A stretch of DNA of 64,000 nucleotides from Deltaproteobacteria bacterium. GTDB lineage: Bacteria > Myxococcota_A > Polyangia > Polyangiales > Houyiibacteriaceae. The notes below the pieces were generated by a model. That model worked only from the letters and a program-made list of their open reading frames with translations, searched no databases and was not told the DNA's origin. Numbering within the stretch: position 1 is the first letter of the stretch; each line of letters opens with the position of its first letter. Shown here one piece after another: positions 1-11,688 of the stretch. A program made the position numbers and the translations under genes. The stretch covers positions 32,001-96,000 of the forward strand of contig JAXMNT010000008.1 in assembly GCA_034670305.1 (NCBI GenBank), read 5' to 3'.

Positions 1-141
1 CGCTCGAAAGTGCGCCCAATCTGCTTCGCGGGAGCGATGCAGGGTCAGCATCTCGAGCCGGAGCGACCAGCACGCGCGGACGACGTCTTCGTCTGCTTCG
101 GGGCCGTGAACGAGCTGGAACCGGAGGGTGGGCCGTGCCAT
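1..141 (-). CDS. 5' end of a hypothetical protein running off the window (MARPTLRFQLVHGPEADEDVVRACWSLRLEMLTL...)
   Basis: ATG at 141, open to position 1, protein-like composition, GC3-rich codons; not in the ORF track because it is truncated. Confidence 0.55.
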   Translation of the reverse strand, partial: MARPTLRFQLVHGPEADEDVVRACWSLRLEMLTLHRSREADWAHFRA

Positions 142-143
142 AG

Positions 144-161
144 ATCATCACTGTTGATGAT
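144..161. promoter_or_regulatory. Palindromic operator ATCATCA-ctgt-TGATGAT (TetR-like geometry)
   Basis: Perfect 7-4-7 inverted repeat in an AT-rich patch next to the ATG at 141, between divergent genes. Confidence 0.55.
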
Positions 162-236
162 TTATATCCAGTCGTCAAACCGGCGCCGCCAACTCGGTCG
201 CTGTGCGGGGCGAACGCTTTGGCCTATCTTCCGACC

Positions 237-1352
237 ATGCACTTCCGGACCCTCTTCGTCCTCCTGCTCGCCGCGTGTTCCTCCGACCCGATGACTGGCG
301 TCGACGCAGGCGGGACCGACGCCCCCGAAGCGACGGACGCGGCGGTCGATGCGGTCTCGGGCAGCGATTCGGGCCTCGACACGTCGGCGATCCGGGACGT
401 GATGACGCGGGCGCTGCCCGAGGCGCCGGACGGCATCGAAGGGGTCACGCTGATCGTCTACGACGCGGACGACCGCCGGATCATCGAGGAGACGGTGGGC
501 GATTTCGAGACCGATCGCCGGGTGCCGATCGCGAGCGCGTCCAAGCTCGTGACGGGGCTCGTGCTCCTCCGGCTCATGGAGGCTGGCACCCTCTCGATGA
601 CCGACACCCCTCGCGGGGTGCTCGGCTGGAGCGCGACCAGTGCGGCGGATGCCACGCTCGACCACTTGGGCGGGTTCGTCTCGGGCATGCAGACCGAAGC
701 GGTGTGTCTCCTCGACCCACGCCAGACGCTGCAGGACTGCGTCGCGACCTTGGACGCCGTGCCGACGCGCCACATGCCGGGCGTCGCGTTCGAGTACGGC
801 TCGACGCACCAAGGCGTCGCGGCCGCGATGGCCGAGGTCGCGACGGGCGAGTCGTGGGCCACGCTCTTCGAACGCGAGCTCAAGACGCCGCTCGGGCTCA
901 CGGACCCGGGCTTGCGCTACTACACGCTGCCGAAGGAACCGATCGGAGACGACAACCCGCTGGTCGCCGGCGGCATCACCGCAACGATGGACGAGTACGT
1001 GCCGATCCTCGCCCTGCTCTTTCACCGCGGCGAACGCGACGGCACCCAGCTCATCAGCCGCGCGGCGATCGACCGAATGGGCGTCAACGGGTACCCGGAC
1101 GCGACCATCGACCCCGCGCTCGCCAGGACGAACCTTCGGTACAGCTGGTCCTCGTGGATCAACTGCCCGGGCGCCGCGTCGCCCTGCGAGAACATCACGT
1201 CGCCGGGCGCATTCGGGTTCACCCCCTGGGTCGACCGGGACCGCGGCTACTACGCGATCCTCGGCATGGAGTCCGACGGCCTCGACGGCACTGGGTTCGG
1301 CGTACCGCTGATGGAGCTGTTGCGTCCGAGGATCGAAGCGCTGCTCGAGTAG
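237..1352 (+). CDS. Serine hydrolase, beta-lactamase/class C-like family, lipoprotein
   Basis: Lipobox LLAAC, SxxK (ASASKL), FEYGS, SPGAFG motif; ATG 237 preferred over TTG 219. Confidence 0.85.
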   Translation: MHFRTLFVLLLAACSSDPMTGVDAGGTDAPEATDAAVDAVSGSDSGLDTSAIRDVMTRALPEAPDGIEGVTLIVYDADDRRIIEETVGDFETDRRVPIASASKLVTGLVLLRLMEAGTLSMTDTPRGVLGWSATSAADATLDHLGGFVSGMQTEAVCLLDPRQTLQDCVATLDAVPTRHMPGVAFEYGSTHQGVAAAMAEVATGESWATLFERELKTPLGLTDPGLRYYTLPKEPIGDDNPLVAGGITATMDEYVPILALLFHRGERDGTQLISRAAIDRMGVNGYPDATIDPALARTNLRYSWSSWINCPGAASPCENITSPGAFGFTPWVDRDRGYYAILGMESDGLDGTGFGVPLMELLRPRIEALLE

Positions 1353-1830
<478 letters not shown>

Positions 1831-1841
1831 CCCTACCCCCG

Positions 1842-2255
1842 TTATTGCCAGAGGGCGAGGACGAGGGAGATGCCGACGATCATCGCGGCTTGGCTGCCGA
1901 GCGCGATGGCGGCGACGCGCCAGCGTTTCAAGAACGCTTGGCCGGGCAAACCGGTGGCGACCGTGAAACCGATGATCACCAGGCCGGCGAGCATCAGGGC
2001 TTCGCCCACGCTGTCGACCGCGAGCCACTGCTGTACGACCGCGAGTGAGAGGACGAGCAGCACCGTGCACAGGAGCTGCACGCCGTACGTGTAGCCGGGC
2101 ACCTCCTTGGTGTGCTGCTTCTTGTCCGCGGCGCCGTACTCCTTGGCCCAGGGATCTCCGAAGAGGACGACGAACCAGACGGTCGAGATGACCTGGCCAG
2201 CGACGACGCTCGCCAACACGGCCCACCAGTTGATTTCGGACAGCTGTACTTCCAT
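1842..2255 (-). CDS. DUF1761-like four-TM membrane protein
   Basis: MEVQLSEINWWAVL...WFVVLFGDPW signature, four hydrophobic segments, divergent from a LysR gene. Confidence 0.8.
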   Translation of the reverse strand: MEVQLSEINWWAVLASVVAGQVISTVWFVVLFGDPWAKEYGAADKKQHTKEVPGYTYGVQLLCTVLLVLSLAVVQQWLAVDSVGEALMLAGLVIIGFTVATGLPGQAFLKRWRVAAIALGSQAAMIVGISLVLALWQ

Positions 2256-2341
2256 CGGATCGGCTCCTCTTCGTGGCCAGTTGCTGAGATGGAAGGTATG
2301 ATTGATGCTGTTTCGGGACAAGTGAGCATATGGCAACGGTG

Positions 2342-2362
2342 TTATTGCTAGGAACGCAATAA
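2342..2362. promoter_or_regulatory. LysR-type binding site TTATTGC-N7-GCAATAA containing T-N11-A
   Basis: Perfect 7-bp inverted repeat 2 nt upstream of the LysR ATG in an AT-rich divergent intergenic region. Confidence 0.7.
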
Positions 2363-2364
2363 TA

Positions 2365-3252
2365 ATGAAGGTGGACCTTCTGGACGTCGTGGTGTTCGCG
2401 GCGGTGGTGCGGGGGCAAGGGTTCAGCGCTGCAGGGCGCGAGCTCGGGCTGCCTCCGTCCGCGGTCTCGCGGCGGGTGAAACGTTTGGAAGAGCGTCTCG
2501 GCGCGAAGCTGCTCCACCGCACCACCCGACGGGTCGGTCTCACCGCGGCCGGGCGCGCGTACTACGAACGCATCGGCCCGTTGCCGCGCATCCTCGAAGA
2601 AGCCGAGCGCGCGGTCCTCGACACCCAGGGCACCCCGAAGGGCACCCTGCGGATCGCCGCGCCACCGGAAGACGGCGGCGTGATCTGGGCCACGATTCGG
2701 AGCTTCGTGGCCAGCTTCCCCGAGGTCGATCTCGAGCTTCACCACGCGCTCACGTACATCGATCTCATCGAACAAGAGATCGACGTCGCCCTGCGGGGCG
2801 GCGCACCCCCGGATTCGCCCGATCTCGCGGCTCAGTTGCTCTGGGATTCGCGCATGGTGCTCGCCGCGAGCCCCGAGTACCTCGAACTGCGCGGCGTGCC
2901 GAAGTCCGTTCACGAGCTCAACGACCACGAGGGCATCTGCATGGACGGGTGGGCGCCGAACGCGCTTCGCCACGTGAACGGAGAGACCGGTCCCGTGAGA
3001 GTACAGATGCACAACCGCATCCGCGCCAACAGCCTCGAGACCGCACGCCTCGCGGCGCTCGATGGCATCGGCATCGCGCCGCTCCTGCTCTTGAGCTGCC
3101 AGGACGACCTCGACCGAGGCGCGCTGGTCGAAGTGCTTCGCGGCGCGCTGCCGATGTCCGCGAAGGGGTGGATCGTCTACCCGATCGGACGCGAACGATC
3201 CGCCGCTGCCCAAGCCTTCATCGACCACCTGGTGCAGCACCGAAACGTCTGA
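2365..3252 (+). CDS. LysR family transcriptional regulator (CrgA-like)
   Basis: N-terminal HTH GFSAAGRELGLPPSAVSRRVKRLEERLG, LLHRTTR, substrate-binding domain. Confidence 0.95.
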   Translation: MKVDLLDVVVFAAVVRGQGFSAAGRELGLPPSAVSRRVKRLEERLGAKLLHRTTRRVGLTAAGRAYYERIGPLPRILEEAERAVLDTQGTPKGTLRIAAPPEDGGVIWATIRSFVASFPEVDLELHHALTYIDLIEQEIDVALRGGAPPDSPDLAAQLLWDSRMVLAASPEYLELRGVPKSVHELNDHEGICMDGWAPNALRHVNGETGPVRVQMHNRIRANSLETARLAALDGIGIAPLLLLSCQDDLDRGALVEVLRGALPMSAKGWIVYPIGRERSAAAQAFIDHLVQHRNV

Positions 3253-3269
3253 CGGCGAAGGCCGAGCCG

Positions 3270-3504
3270 CAGCACCGGCCCCGGCGTCGGCGTCGGCACG
3301 GGCGTCGACATCGGCATGCATCGGCACAGGCGTCGGTATCGGCATGCATCGGCATCGGCTTCGGCATCGGCTTCGGCATCGGCTTCGGCATCGGCTTCGG
3401 CTTCGGCATCGGCTTCGGCATCGGCTTCGGCATCGGCTTCGGCATCGGCTTCGGCATCGGCTTCGGCATCGGCTTGCGCTTCGGCTTCGGCATCGGCATC
3501 GGCG
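3270..3504. repeat. Hexamer tract (CGGCAT/CGGCTT)n
   Basis: Direct reading; begins ~18 nt after the LysR stop. Confidence 0.95.
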
Positions 3505-3630
3505 TTAGGCCTCTGCCGAACTTGCCAGCACCTCGAGCACGAAGGGAATGCGATGCGTTGCGGGCTGACCAAGGAAGCGCTCTCGGCTCGAGACGTGGAG
3601 CTCATCTGCCGCGAGTTCGAAGCCGCGTAG
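3502..3630 (+). pseudogene. Orphan 3' gene fragment encoding a 4-Cys module (LGLCRTCQH...RCGLTKEALS..D..LICREFE), like the C-terminal tail of some MarR regulators
   Basis: Protein-like 42 codons ending in TAG, CxxC-x9-C-x14-C pattern; upstream coding sequence is replaced by the repeat tract. Confidence 0.5.
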
Positions 3631-3634
3631 CAGG

Positions 3635-4339
3635 TCAGTCTGCGTCGGGTGCAAACCCAGAGAGCTCGCGGCGCACCTGCAGAGGAATGCCGCCGAGCAC
3701 CTGGGTGTGGGCGATCTTGCCGCGTACGAAGAGGGACCGGTCGACCATCGTGCGCACCGCCCGCTGCAGCTGCATCGCCGAGTCGGGTTCGCCGAGGGCA
3801 TCGAGCGCGGAGACGATCGCTTCGCCGGTCCCGAGGTGCTGGTCGGTGGGCGGTTGTCTGAGCACCCCGCTCGTGCGGGTCTTCGAGACCGAGAGTGAGA
3901 CCCGTTGTACATCGCACGCGTCATCGATGCGTCGCGCGATGCGGCTCGTCTGTCGCCAGGTGCCATCGGGCACGATCAGCAGAAGCGGTCGTCCGTCGCG
4001 CGGCACCTCGGAGATGGGCACCGCATCGGGCGAGGGATGCAGCAGCAAGGTCTGCTCGCTTGGATCCGCGGCCCAGCGGGTCTCGTCGAAGTCCGGAAGC
4101 TCTCCCTCCGGTCCTTCGATCGGTGCGCGGCCTTGCCAGCGTCCGTAGATGGTCAGTTCGCAGCGCGGCATCGTGCGCCACGCCACCCGGCCGGTGTTGC
4201 TCGGTTGCGGCCACTCGCGGATGTGCATCACGAGCAAGAGCCGAGTCGTGGTCTCGATGGTCGGCCACGTCGCACAGAGACAGAGCGGCACGTGCATGAG
4301 GCACCGCGCACACCGCGGGGACTGTCGACTGCGGGACAC
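3635..4339 (-). CDS. DTW-domain tRNA-uridine aminocarboxypropyltransferase (TapT/YfiP-like)
   Basis: N-terminal CxxC...CxC, HxxE...SNTG, PDGTW motif. Confidence 0.9.
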   Translation of the reverse strand: MSRSRQSPRCARCLMHVPLCLCATWPTIETTTRLLLVMHIREWPQPSNTGRVAWRTMPRCELTIYGRWQGRAPIEGPEGELPDFDETRWAADPSEQTLLLHPSPDAVPISEVPRDGRPLLLIVPDGTWRQTSRIARRIDDACDVQRVSLSVSKTRTSGVLRQPPTDQHLGTGEAIVSALDALGEPDSAMQLQRAVRTMVDRSLFVRGKIAHTQVLGGIPLQVRRELSGFAPDAD

Positions 4340-4353
4340 GGCCGGGCGTGGAC

Positions 4354-4908
4354 TCAGAGCGAGATGAGTTCGACGTCGAAGACCAGCATCCCGCTCGGCC
4401 GGTTGCCCATCGCTTCGTTGCCGTAGGCCAGCTCGGCCGGGATCCAGAACCGTCGGATCTCTCCTTCAACCATGAGCTGTACCCCTTCGGTCCATCCGGC
4501 GATCACGCGGTTGAGCGGGAACGTGGCGGGTTGGCCGCGCTGCCACGAGCTGTCGAAGAGGTTGCCGTCGAGGGTCCAGCCCGCGTAGTTCACCGTCACC
4601 GACGTGGTGGACTCGGGGTGTACGGTCCCGGTGCCGTGGCGCAAGACGTGCGACGCGAGCCCGCTCGGGGTGGTCTCCGCGTAAGGCGGCACTGCCGCGA
4701 CATCGACCGGCGTCTCATTCGGGTCGCGGGCATCGTCCCATTCCGGGCCCGCGGGTGCCGCGAGGTCCGCGACCGGTGCCGGGTCGCTGGGTGCCGCGTT
4801 CTCGGCACCGGTCGTGTCGCCCACCGGCGCGGGCGCCACCTCCGTGGACTCCGAAGACGAGGAAGCGCAGCCGAGGGCCAGCCAGAGGACGAGGAGAGAA
4901 GTTCGCAT
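4354..4908 (-). CDS. FKBP-type peptidyl-prolyl isomerase, lipoprotein
   Basis: LALGC lipobox; VNYAGWTLDG..FDSS, VIAGWTEG, IPAELAYG, LVFDVEL. Confidence 0.95.
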   Translation of the reverse strand: MRTSLLVLWLALGCASSSSESTEVAPAPVGDTTGAENAAPSDPAPVADLAAPAGPEWDDARDPNETPVDVAAVPPYAETTPSGLASHVLRHGTGTVHPESTTSVTVNYAGWTLDGNLFDSSWQRGQPATFPLNRVIAGWTEGVQLMVEGEIRRFWIPAELAYGNEAMGNRPSGMLVFDVELISL

Positions 4909-4960
4909 CCCGGTTCGTAGCACGCGTTCGGTGGGCGGCCCGATCTGGTAGAACTGCGAC

Positions 4961-5473
4961 ATGCGAAGTTGGATGGTTCTCGCGCTCGTGGCGTGTGGTG
5001 GTTCGAACGAAGACGCGGTGCTCCAGCAGGAACTGGAGGCCGAAGCCGCGGCTGGCGACGAGGACACCGAAGGCGAGATCACCATGGCCGACCGGTACCG
5101 CGCCGCGGACAGCCGGGTCTTCGAGGCTTGCTACGACGATCTCGACCACCTCGACGAACGCCACCGAGAGCGGCGCTCGCTGCGGGTGCGCCGAATCTCG
5201 GAGAGCCGGGCACAGGCTTCGACACCGACCGGCTTGGAAGTCGAGCGCGCCAGCGACAGCGAAGACGCGCCGGACGAGTTGCCGAGCAACGTCGATGCCG
5301 CTGCAAACTACCACCCGGTCGAGCAGCAGCTCATCGCGCTCGAGAACGAACTCGACGACTTTCATGCGGCGCATCCGGACGTCGACGCGTGGTCGGACGC
5401 GGAGCTCGCACGCTACGAAGACCTCGCGGACGGACTGCATGCCCGCTGTACGGAGATGCGCAGCGCGGGGTAG
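4961..5473 (+). CDS. Hypothetical acidic lipoprotein
   Basis: MRSWMVLALVAC lipobox, typical codon usage, divergent from the FKBP gene. Confidence 0.7.
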   Translation: MRSWMVLALVACGGSNEDAVLQQELEAEAAAGDEDTEGEITMADRYRAADSRVFEACYDDLDHLDERHRERRSLRVRRISESRAQASTPTGLEVERASDSEDAPDELPSNVDAAANYHPVEQQLIALENELDDFHAAHPDVDAWSDAELARYEDLADGLHARCTEMRSAG

Positions 5474-5484
5474 TTGGACGGGAG

Positions 5485-5692
<208 letters not shown>

Positions 5693-5699
<7 letters not shown>

Positions 5700-5719
5700 C
5701 GCGACTCGCGCGGGCCTCG
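5693..5719. other. GC-rich hairpin CGAGGCCCGCG-actcg-CGCGGGCCTCG between the tract and the four-helix-bundle stop
   Basis: Perfect 11-bp stem, no U-tract. Confidence 0.6.
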
Positions 5720-5726
5720 CAGCCGA

Positions 5727-6038
5727 CTACCGACTGAGCCGATACAGCATCGCGCAAACCTCATCGCAGCGTCGCTCGATCTCCTCGCCAACCTCCGCGT
5801 ACCCAAACAGCCGGACCAGTCGAAGCGCCGCTTTCAGTTCGCTCGCCTCACCATACGCGATGGAGAACCGGTCCACGCTCCGCTTCCCGCGAGCGTTCTT
5901 CGCCTCCGCGCAGTTCAGAACGACGGACTGAGCCGCCCGCCGCATCTGCTCCCCAAGCGAACGGTCCCGGCGAGAAACAGCCGCCAGCACCCCGCGCAAC
6001 TCACCAACGAGAACAAAAGAAGTTTCGAGAACAATCAT
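5727..6038 (-). CDS. Four helix bundle protein (23S rRNA IVS protein/Avd-like family)
   Basis: 103 aa; [20 protein letters not shown] matches the family motif LxxQxxRAAxSxxxNIAEG; [12 protein letters not shown] and [18 protein letters not shown] before ATG 6038. Confidence 0.9.
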   Translation of the reverse strand: MIVLETSFVLVGELRGVLAAVSRRDRSLGEQMRRAAQSVVLNCAEAKNARGKRSVDRFSIAYGEASELKAALRLVRLFGYAEVGEEIERRCDEVCAMLYRLSR

Positions 6039-6065
6039 CAGAGCCTCCTCGCGCCTGGAAAGAGT

Positions 6066-6282
6066 GAGCAACGTTGCTCGGCGGCGCGGAGCGCCCCCGG
6101 TGGAGAGCGCAGGGCGGGTCAAGGGCGAAGCCAGCCTTCCGAAGGCTGGGGCCGAAGGCACCCTTGACGCGACCGAGCACTCCGCCACCATGAAATTGCC
6201 GCCGAGCCAAAGCCCACCCCGAGTAGGGTGTTCCCAAAATCCGAAGGATTGAAGGGAGCCGACTTTCCGAAGGAAGAGGCTA
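6066..6282. promoter_or_regulatory. Long imperfect hairpin with several C-GNA-G triloops and TTGACG-N16-CACCAT; candidate ssDNA (Frpo-like) promoter
   Basis: GCTCGGCGGC 6076-6085 pairs with GCCGCCGAGC 6198-6207; GTCAAGGG 6118-6125 pairs with CCCTTGAC 6161-6168; triloop hairpins at 6084, 6125, 6151, 6238 and 6265. Confidence 0.6.
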
Positions 6283-6286
6283 CAAG

Positions 6287-6530
6287 CTGTTGCTGTTGCT
6301 GCTGCTGACTCTGCCGCTGTCTCTGCCGCTGTCTCTGCCGCTGCCGCTGCCGCTGCCGCTGGCCGCTGCCGCTGTCGCTGCCGCTGCCGCTGTCTCTGCC
6401 ACTGCCGCTGCCGCTGTCTCTGCCGCTGCCGCTGCCGCTGCCGCTGTCTCTGCCTGACTCCTGAAGGCGAGGCCGAATCCGAATCCGAATCCGAAATCCG
6501 AAATCCGAAGCGCCGAGTCCGAAGCCGCAA
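6287..6530. repeat. (CTG-NNN)n tract, then (CCGAAT)n and (CCGAAAT)n
   Basis: Direct reading; upstream flank of the four-helix-bundle gene. Confidence 0.95.
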
Positions 6531-6544
6531 AGCAAGCCGCTGGT

Positions 6545-7366
6545 TCAGCGAAGCAGCGCCGCGTACAGCGCGCGGTAGCCCGCCTCGTCCGGGCCGACGT
6601 GGGCTCCGGGGTAGCGCATGAGTTGGGTTGGAATGCCCGCGTCGACGATGCGCTGGTGGCTGCGCTGCATGCCCTCGACGCGGGCGCGCTGATCACCGGT
6701 GGCGATCGCGAAGAGGGCACGGCCGTCGCGGTCGCGCAGGGTGGTGAGGGTGTCGCCGCGCGGTCGGACGCTGCACCGGCTGCCCACCATGAGGGCGCCG
6801 CGAAACAAGTCGGGCCGGCGCATCAACATCGCCCAGCTGAGGTCGCCGCCGAGCGAGAAGCCGGAGACGAAGATGCGCTCGCGGTCGACCGGGAACTGCT
6901 CGATGGCCCGCTCGATGTCCGCTGCGAGTCGGGCCTCGTAGGCATCGAGGAACTCGCGAAAGTGCGGGAGGTAGTCGCCGCGCCCGGGGCGCCCTTGCGG
7001 CAGCAGCTGAACGTAGCCGGGGAGCTCGATCACCGACGCGACGCGCTCGTAGAACTCTTCGCCGGTGCCGTTGGTGGGCGGGAGGAAAATCAACAGAGGC
7101 ACCCGCTCGGTGCGCGCGACCGTTCCGTGCACCTGGATGCGTGCCGGTCGCTCGAGGAAACCTGGCCCGTCGTCCAGCACCGCGCCTTCGGGCAACGCCG
7201 CGGGCCACGAGGGCGACGCGGGCGGGTTGGCCATGGTGGTGGGATGAAGGATCGGCTCGGACGGTGAGTGGTGCGTCGGTGTGCGCGCCTCCTGCGAGTC
7301 GCCACCGCAGCCTGCGACCCATCCGATCAGCAGGGCGATCCCAACGAAACACCGTGTGGCACCCAT
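6545..7366 (-). CDS. Alpha/beta-hydrolase (esterase/PHB depolymerase-like), lipoprotein
   Basis: VAGC lipobox; VDRERIFVSGFSLGG nucleophile elbow; C-terminal YPGAH. Confidence 0.8.
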   Translation of the reverse strand: MGATRCFVGIALLIGWVAGCGGDSQEARTPTHHSPSEPILHPTTMANPPASPSWPAALPEGAVLDDGPGFLERPARIQVHGTVARTERVPLLIFLPPTNGTGEEFYERVASVIELPGYVQLLPQGRPGRGDYLPHFREFLDAYEARLAADIERAIEQFPVDRERIFVSGFSLGGDLSWAMLMRRPDLFRGALMVGSRCSVRPRGDTLTTLRDRDGRALFAIATGDQRARVEGMQRSHQRIVDAGIPTQLMRYPGAHVGPDEAGYRALYAALLR

Positions 7367-7403
7367 GCGGGAATCGTAGCAGCCACTGGCTTGAGGCATG
7401 CCC

Positions 7404-8465
7404 TCAGGGATCGATGCGGTAGAAGCGGGCCGCGTTGTCGCGGAAGAGCGCGCGGCGATCCGACTGCGACCGGGTTGCGACCACCTCCTGAAACACGTCG
7501 ACCATCTGAGCGTAGCTCAGGGACGCCTTCTCCACGGGGAAGTTGCTGGCGAACGAACATCGGTCGACGCCGAACGTGTCGATCGCGAACTCGAGGAGTG
7601 GTGCGAACGCATCGACGACTTCTGCGGTGCCGGGTGGTGAGGCCCGGCCGCCGAAGTCGAACCCGCAGATGGGCATCGCGAGACCGGACAACTTGAGTTG
7701 AACGTTCGGACAAGCGGCGACCCGCTCCATCCCATCCCGCCACCGCGCCAACACGTTGCTTCGTTCACGCGGCGTCTGCCCGACGTCGCCGTACGGACCA
7801 CCGATGCCGACCGGGCCACCCATGTGGCAGAGCATGATCGGCTGCTCGGGATACGCGCGCGCCAGTGCTGCGATCTCGCCGAGCTGGGTGTCGTAGCAGA
7901 ACGCATCGAAGGAGAGCCCGAACTCCGAGAGGCACTCGAACCCGGCCCGCCATGCTGGGCTGGCGGAGCGCCCCGGCTGTGCGTTGAAGTCCATCACGTC
8001 CCGGCTCGCATGCCACGCGAGCATGTCGCGAATGCCGCGGACGCGCGGGCTGGCATCGAGGTGCGCCTGCAGCACGGGTCGAACGTCGCGGCCGAGCGAG
8101 AGGTCCGCGTGCGCCACGATGGCTTCGACCCGTCCCCGGCCGGACGCGCGCAGCGACTCCACCCAGCGCGTCTCCCCGACCGGACCGAGCGGGCCCTTCT
8201 CTTCCCAGGACGCTTCGACGTACACCAGACCGGCGACAGGATGGTGGCCACAGTCGGCGTCGAAGTCGGCCGGCAGGTAGTTCTTCGTGGCGTGTTCAGG
8301 CGTGCGGAAGAACCGAATGGCTTCCTTCGGAAACGCGTACTTCGCCGCGAAGTTCATCACGCGCGGCGCGGACCCGAGGAGCTTCACCAGCGGCGTCACC
8401 AGCCGCGGGTTGTTCCTCGGATCCCACAGATGCACATGCGGATCGATCATCCACGGGTCGGACAT
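7404..8465 (-). CDS. Amidohydrolase family protein (amidohydro_2)
   Basis: IDPHVHLWD, LCHMGGP, KLSGL, FASNFPV. Confidence 0.9.
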   Translation of the reverse strand: MSDPWMIDPHVHLWDPRNNPRLVTPLVKLLGSAPRVMNFAAKYAFPKEAIRFFRTPEHATKNYLPADFDADCGHHPVAGLVYVEASWEEKGPLGPVGETRWVESLRASGRGRVEAIVAHADLSLGRDVRPVLQAHLDASPRVRGIRDMLAWHASRDVMDFNAQPGRSASPAWRAGFECLSEFGLSFDAFCYDTQLGEIAALARAYPEQPIMLCHMGGPVGIGGPYGDVGQTPRERSNVLARWRDGMERVAACPNVQLKLSGLAMPICGFDFGGRASPPGTAEVVDAFAPLLEFAIDTFGVDRCSFASNFPVEKASLSYAQMVDVFQEVVATRSQSDRRALFRDNAARFYRIDP

Positions 8466-8560
8466 GCCGCGAGGGTAGCCCACGGATGCGGCTGAACGGG
8501 GGACAGGGTCGACCCTCGAGGGTGTGGCCCCCGACTCCGACATGTGGCACTGCCGCGCGC

Positions 8561-8971
8561 ATGAAAACACGCGTCAGCGCCTACGGACTCGCTGTCTCGG
8601 ACGAGCGCATTCTACTGACCCAACTCGCAGATTTTTGTTACCGACCCCGCCACTGGACGTTGCCGGGCGGGGGGATGAAGCATGGCGAGCTTCCAGAAGA
8701 CACGCTGGTTCGCGAATTTCACGAAGAGACGAGCCTCGAGGCCGGGGACCTCGACTTGTTTCACGTGCACGCCTTCTCCGAGAATGAGCGTGGGCTCTTC
8801 ATGGGCGTTCAGGTCGTGTATCGGGTCAGCGCGTCGGGGGAACCACGCGTCGTCGAAGTGGGTGGGAGCACCGCGGACGTGGCCTGGGTGCCCTTTGTCG
8901 ACCTCCGAAAACTCGACCGCGTTCCAGGGCTCGATGTGGTCCTCGAAAAGCTGGGGATCTCGTTGGTGTGA
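8561..8971 (+). CDS. NUDIX hydrolase
   Basis: WTLPGGGMKHGELPEDTLVREFHEETSL Nudix box. Confidence 0.9.
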   Translation: MKTRVSAYGLAVSDERILLTQLADFCYRPRHWTLPGGGMKHGELPEDTLVREFHEETSLEAGDLDLFHVHAFSENERGLFMGVQVVYRVSASGEPRVVEVGGSTADVAWVPFVDLRKLDRVPGLDVVLEKLGISLV

Positions 8972-9032
8972 GGGGCGCACCGCCGAGCCGCCAGGCAAGC
9001 ACAGTCCACCGATTCCCGGCCTGCTGAGCCAG

Positions 9033-9299
9033 CAGGCTGCTGAAGAACCCGCAGGGCGTTCTCGCAGCCTGCCCCTTGCCTCTGCCCTTGCCCGCGGATC
9101 AGCGGTCAGATCGCTTGATCACCGCGACGAGCATCGCGACCTCGAGGTAGGCGAGAGCCCGTTCGATATCGGGCCTCGATGCCTCGGCCCGACGGTCCGA
9201 TTCGCGGCCTCGCCGTCGCGAAACACACGGCGTCCACGACGCGGGCAAGGGCAACGGCAAGGGCAACGGCAAGGGAGCAGGTCGCTTTTCAGCGACCTG
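9033..9299. mobile_element. MITE-like element with IS5/IS1182-like imperfect terminal inverted repeats
   Basis: Left CAGGCTGCTGAAGA versus reverse complement of right end CAGGTCGCTGAAAA (11/14); flanks CCAG and CTAG; internal 24-bp inverted hexamer repeats. Confidence 0.45.
9099..9239 (-). pseudogene. Possible decayed four-helix-bundle gene remnant
   Basis: One frame ends DIERALAYLEVAMLVAVIKRSDR*, another reads RGRRVFRDGEAA; both resemble the intact 5727-6038 protein; flanked by short hexamer repeats. Confidence 0.4.

Positions 9300-9300
<1 letters not shown>
9277..9300 (-). terminator. Hairpin directly after the icd stop
   Basis: GCAGGTCGCT-tttc-AGCGACCTGC perfect 10-bp stem; no clear U-tract. 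Confidence 0.5.
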
Positions 9301-11567
<2,267 letters not shown>

Positions 11568-11688
11568 TCACGCACGACACCACGGCGCAAAAGCCTTCCG
11601 CCGACGATTGCGCCCTTCGCCCACCCAGAGGATCCTTTCGGCTCGGCCGAGTCCTCCCTGCGACGCGGGCCGCCAGTTGAAGGACGTC

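Noticed and set aside
237-1352. Beta-lactamase resistance calls (also 28006-29319)
   Set aside because: The motifs fit generic serine hydrolases or esterases; nothing supports beta-lactam hydrolysis
6066-6282. tRNA, riboswitch or integron attC
   Set aside because: No cloverleaf or T-loop, no riboswitch consensus I recognise, no RYYYAAC/GTTRRRY cassette array; an Rfam search is still needed
5727-6530. 267-aa version of the four-helix ORF, and a DGR or rRNA-IVS interpretation
   Set aside because: The extension is translated repeat and hairpin; the RBS supports ATG 6038; there is no reverse transcriptase, TR/VR pair or rRNA in the window
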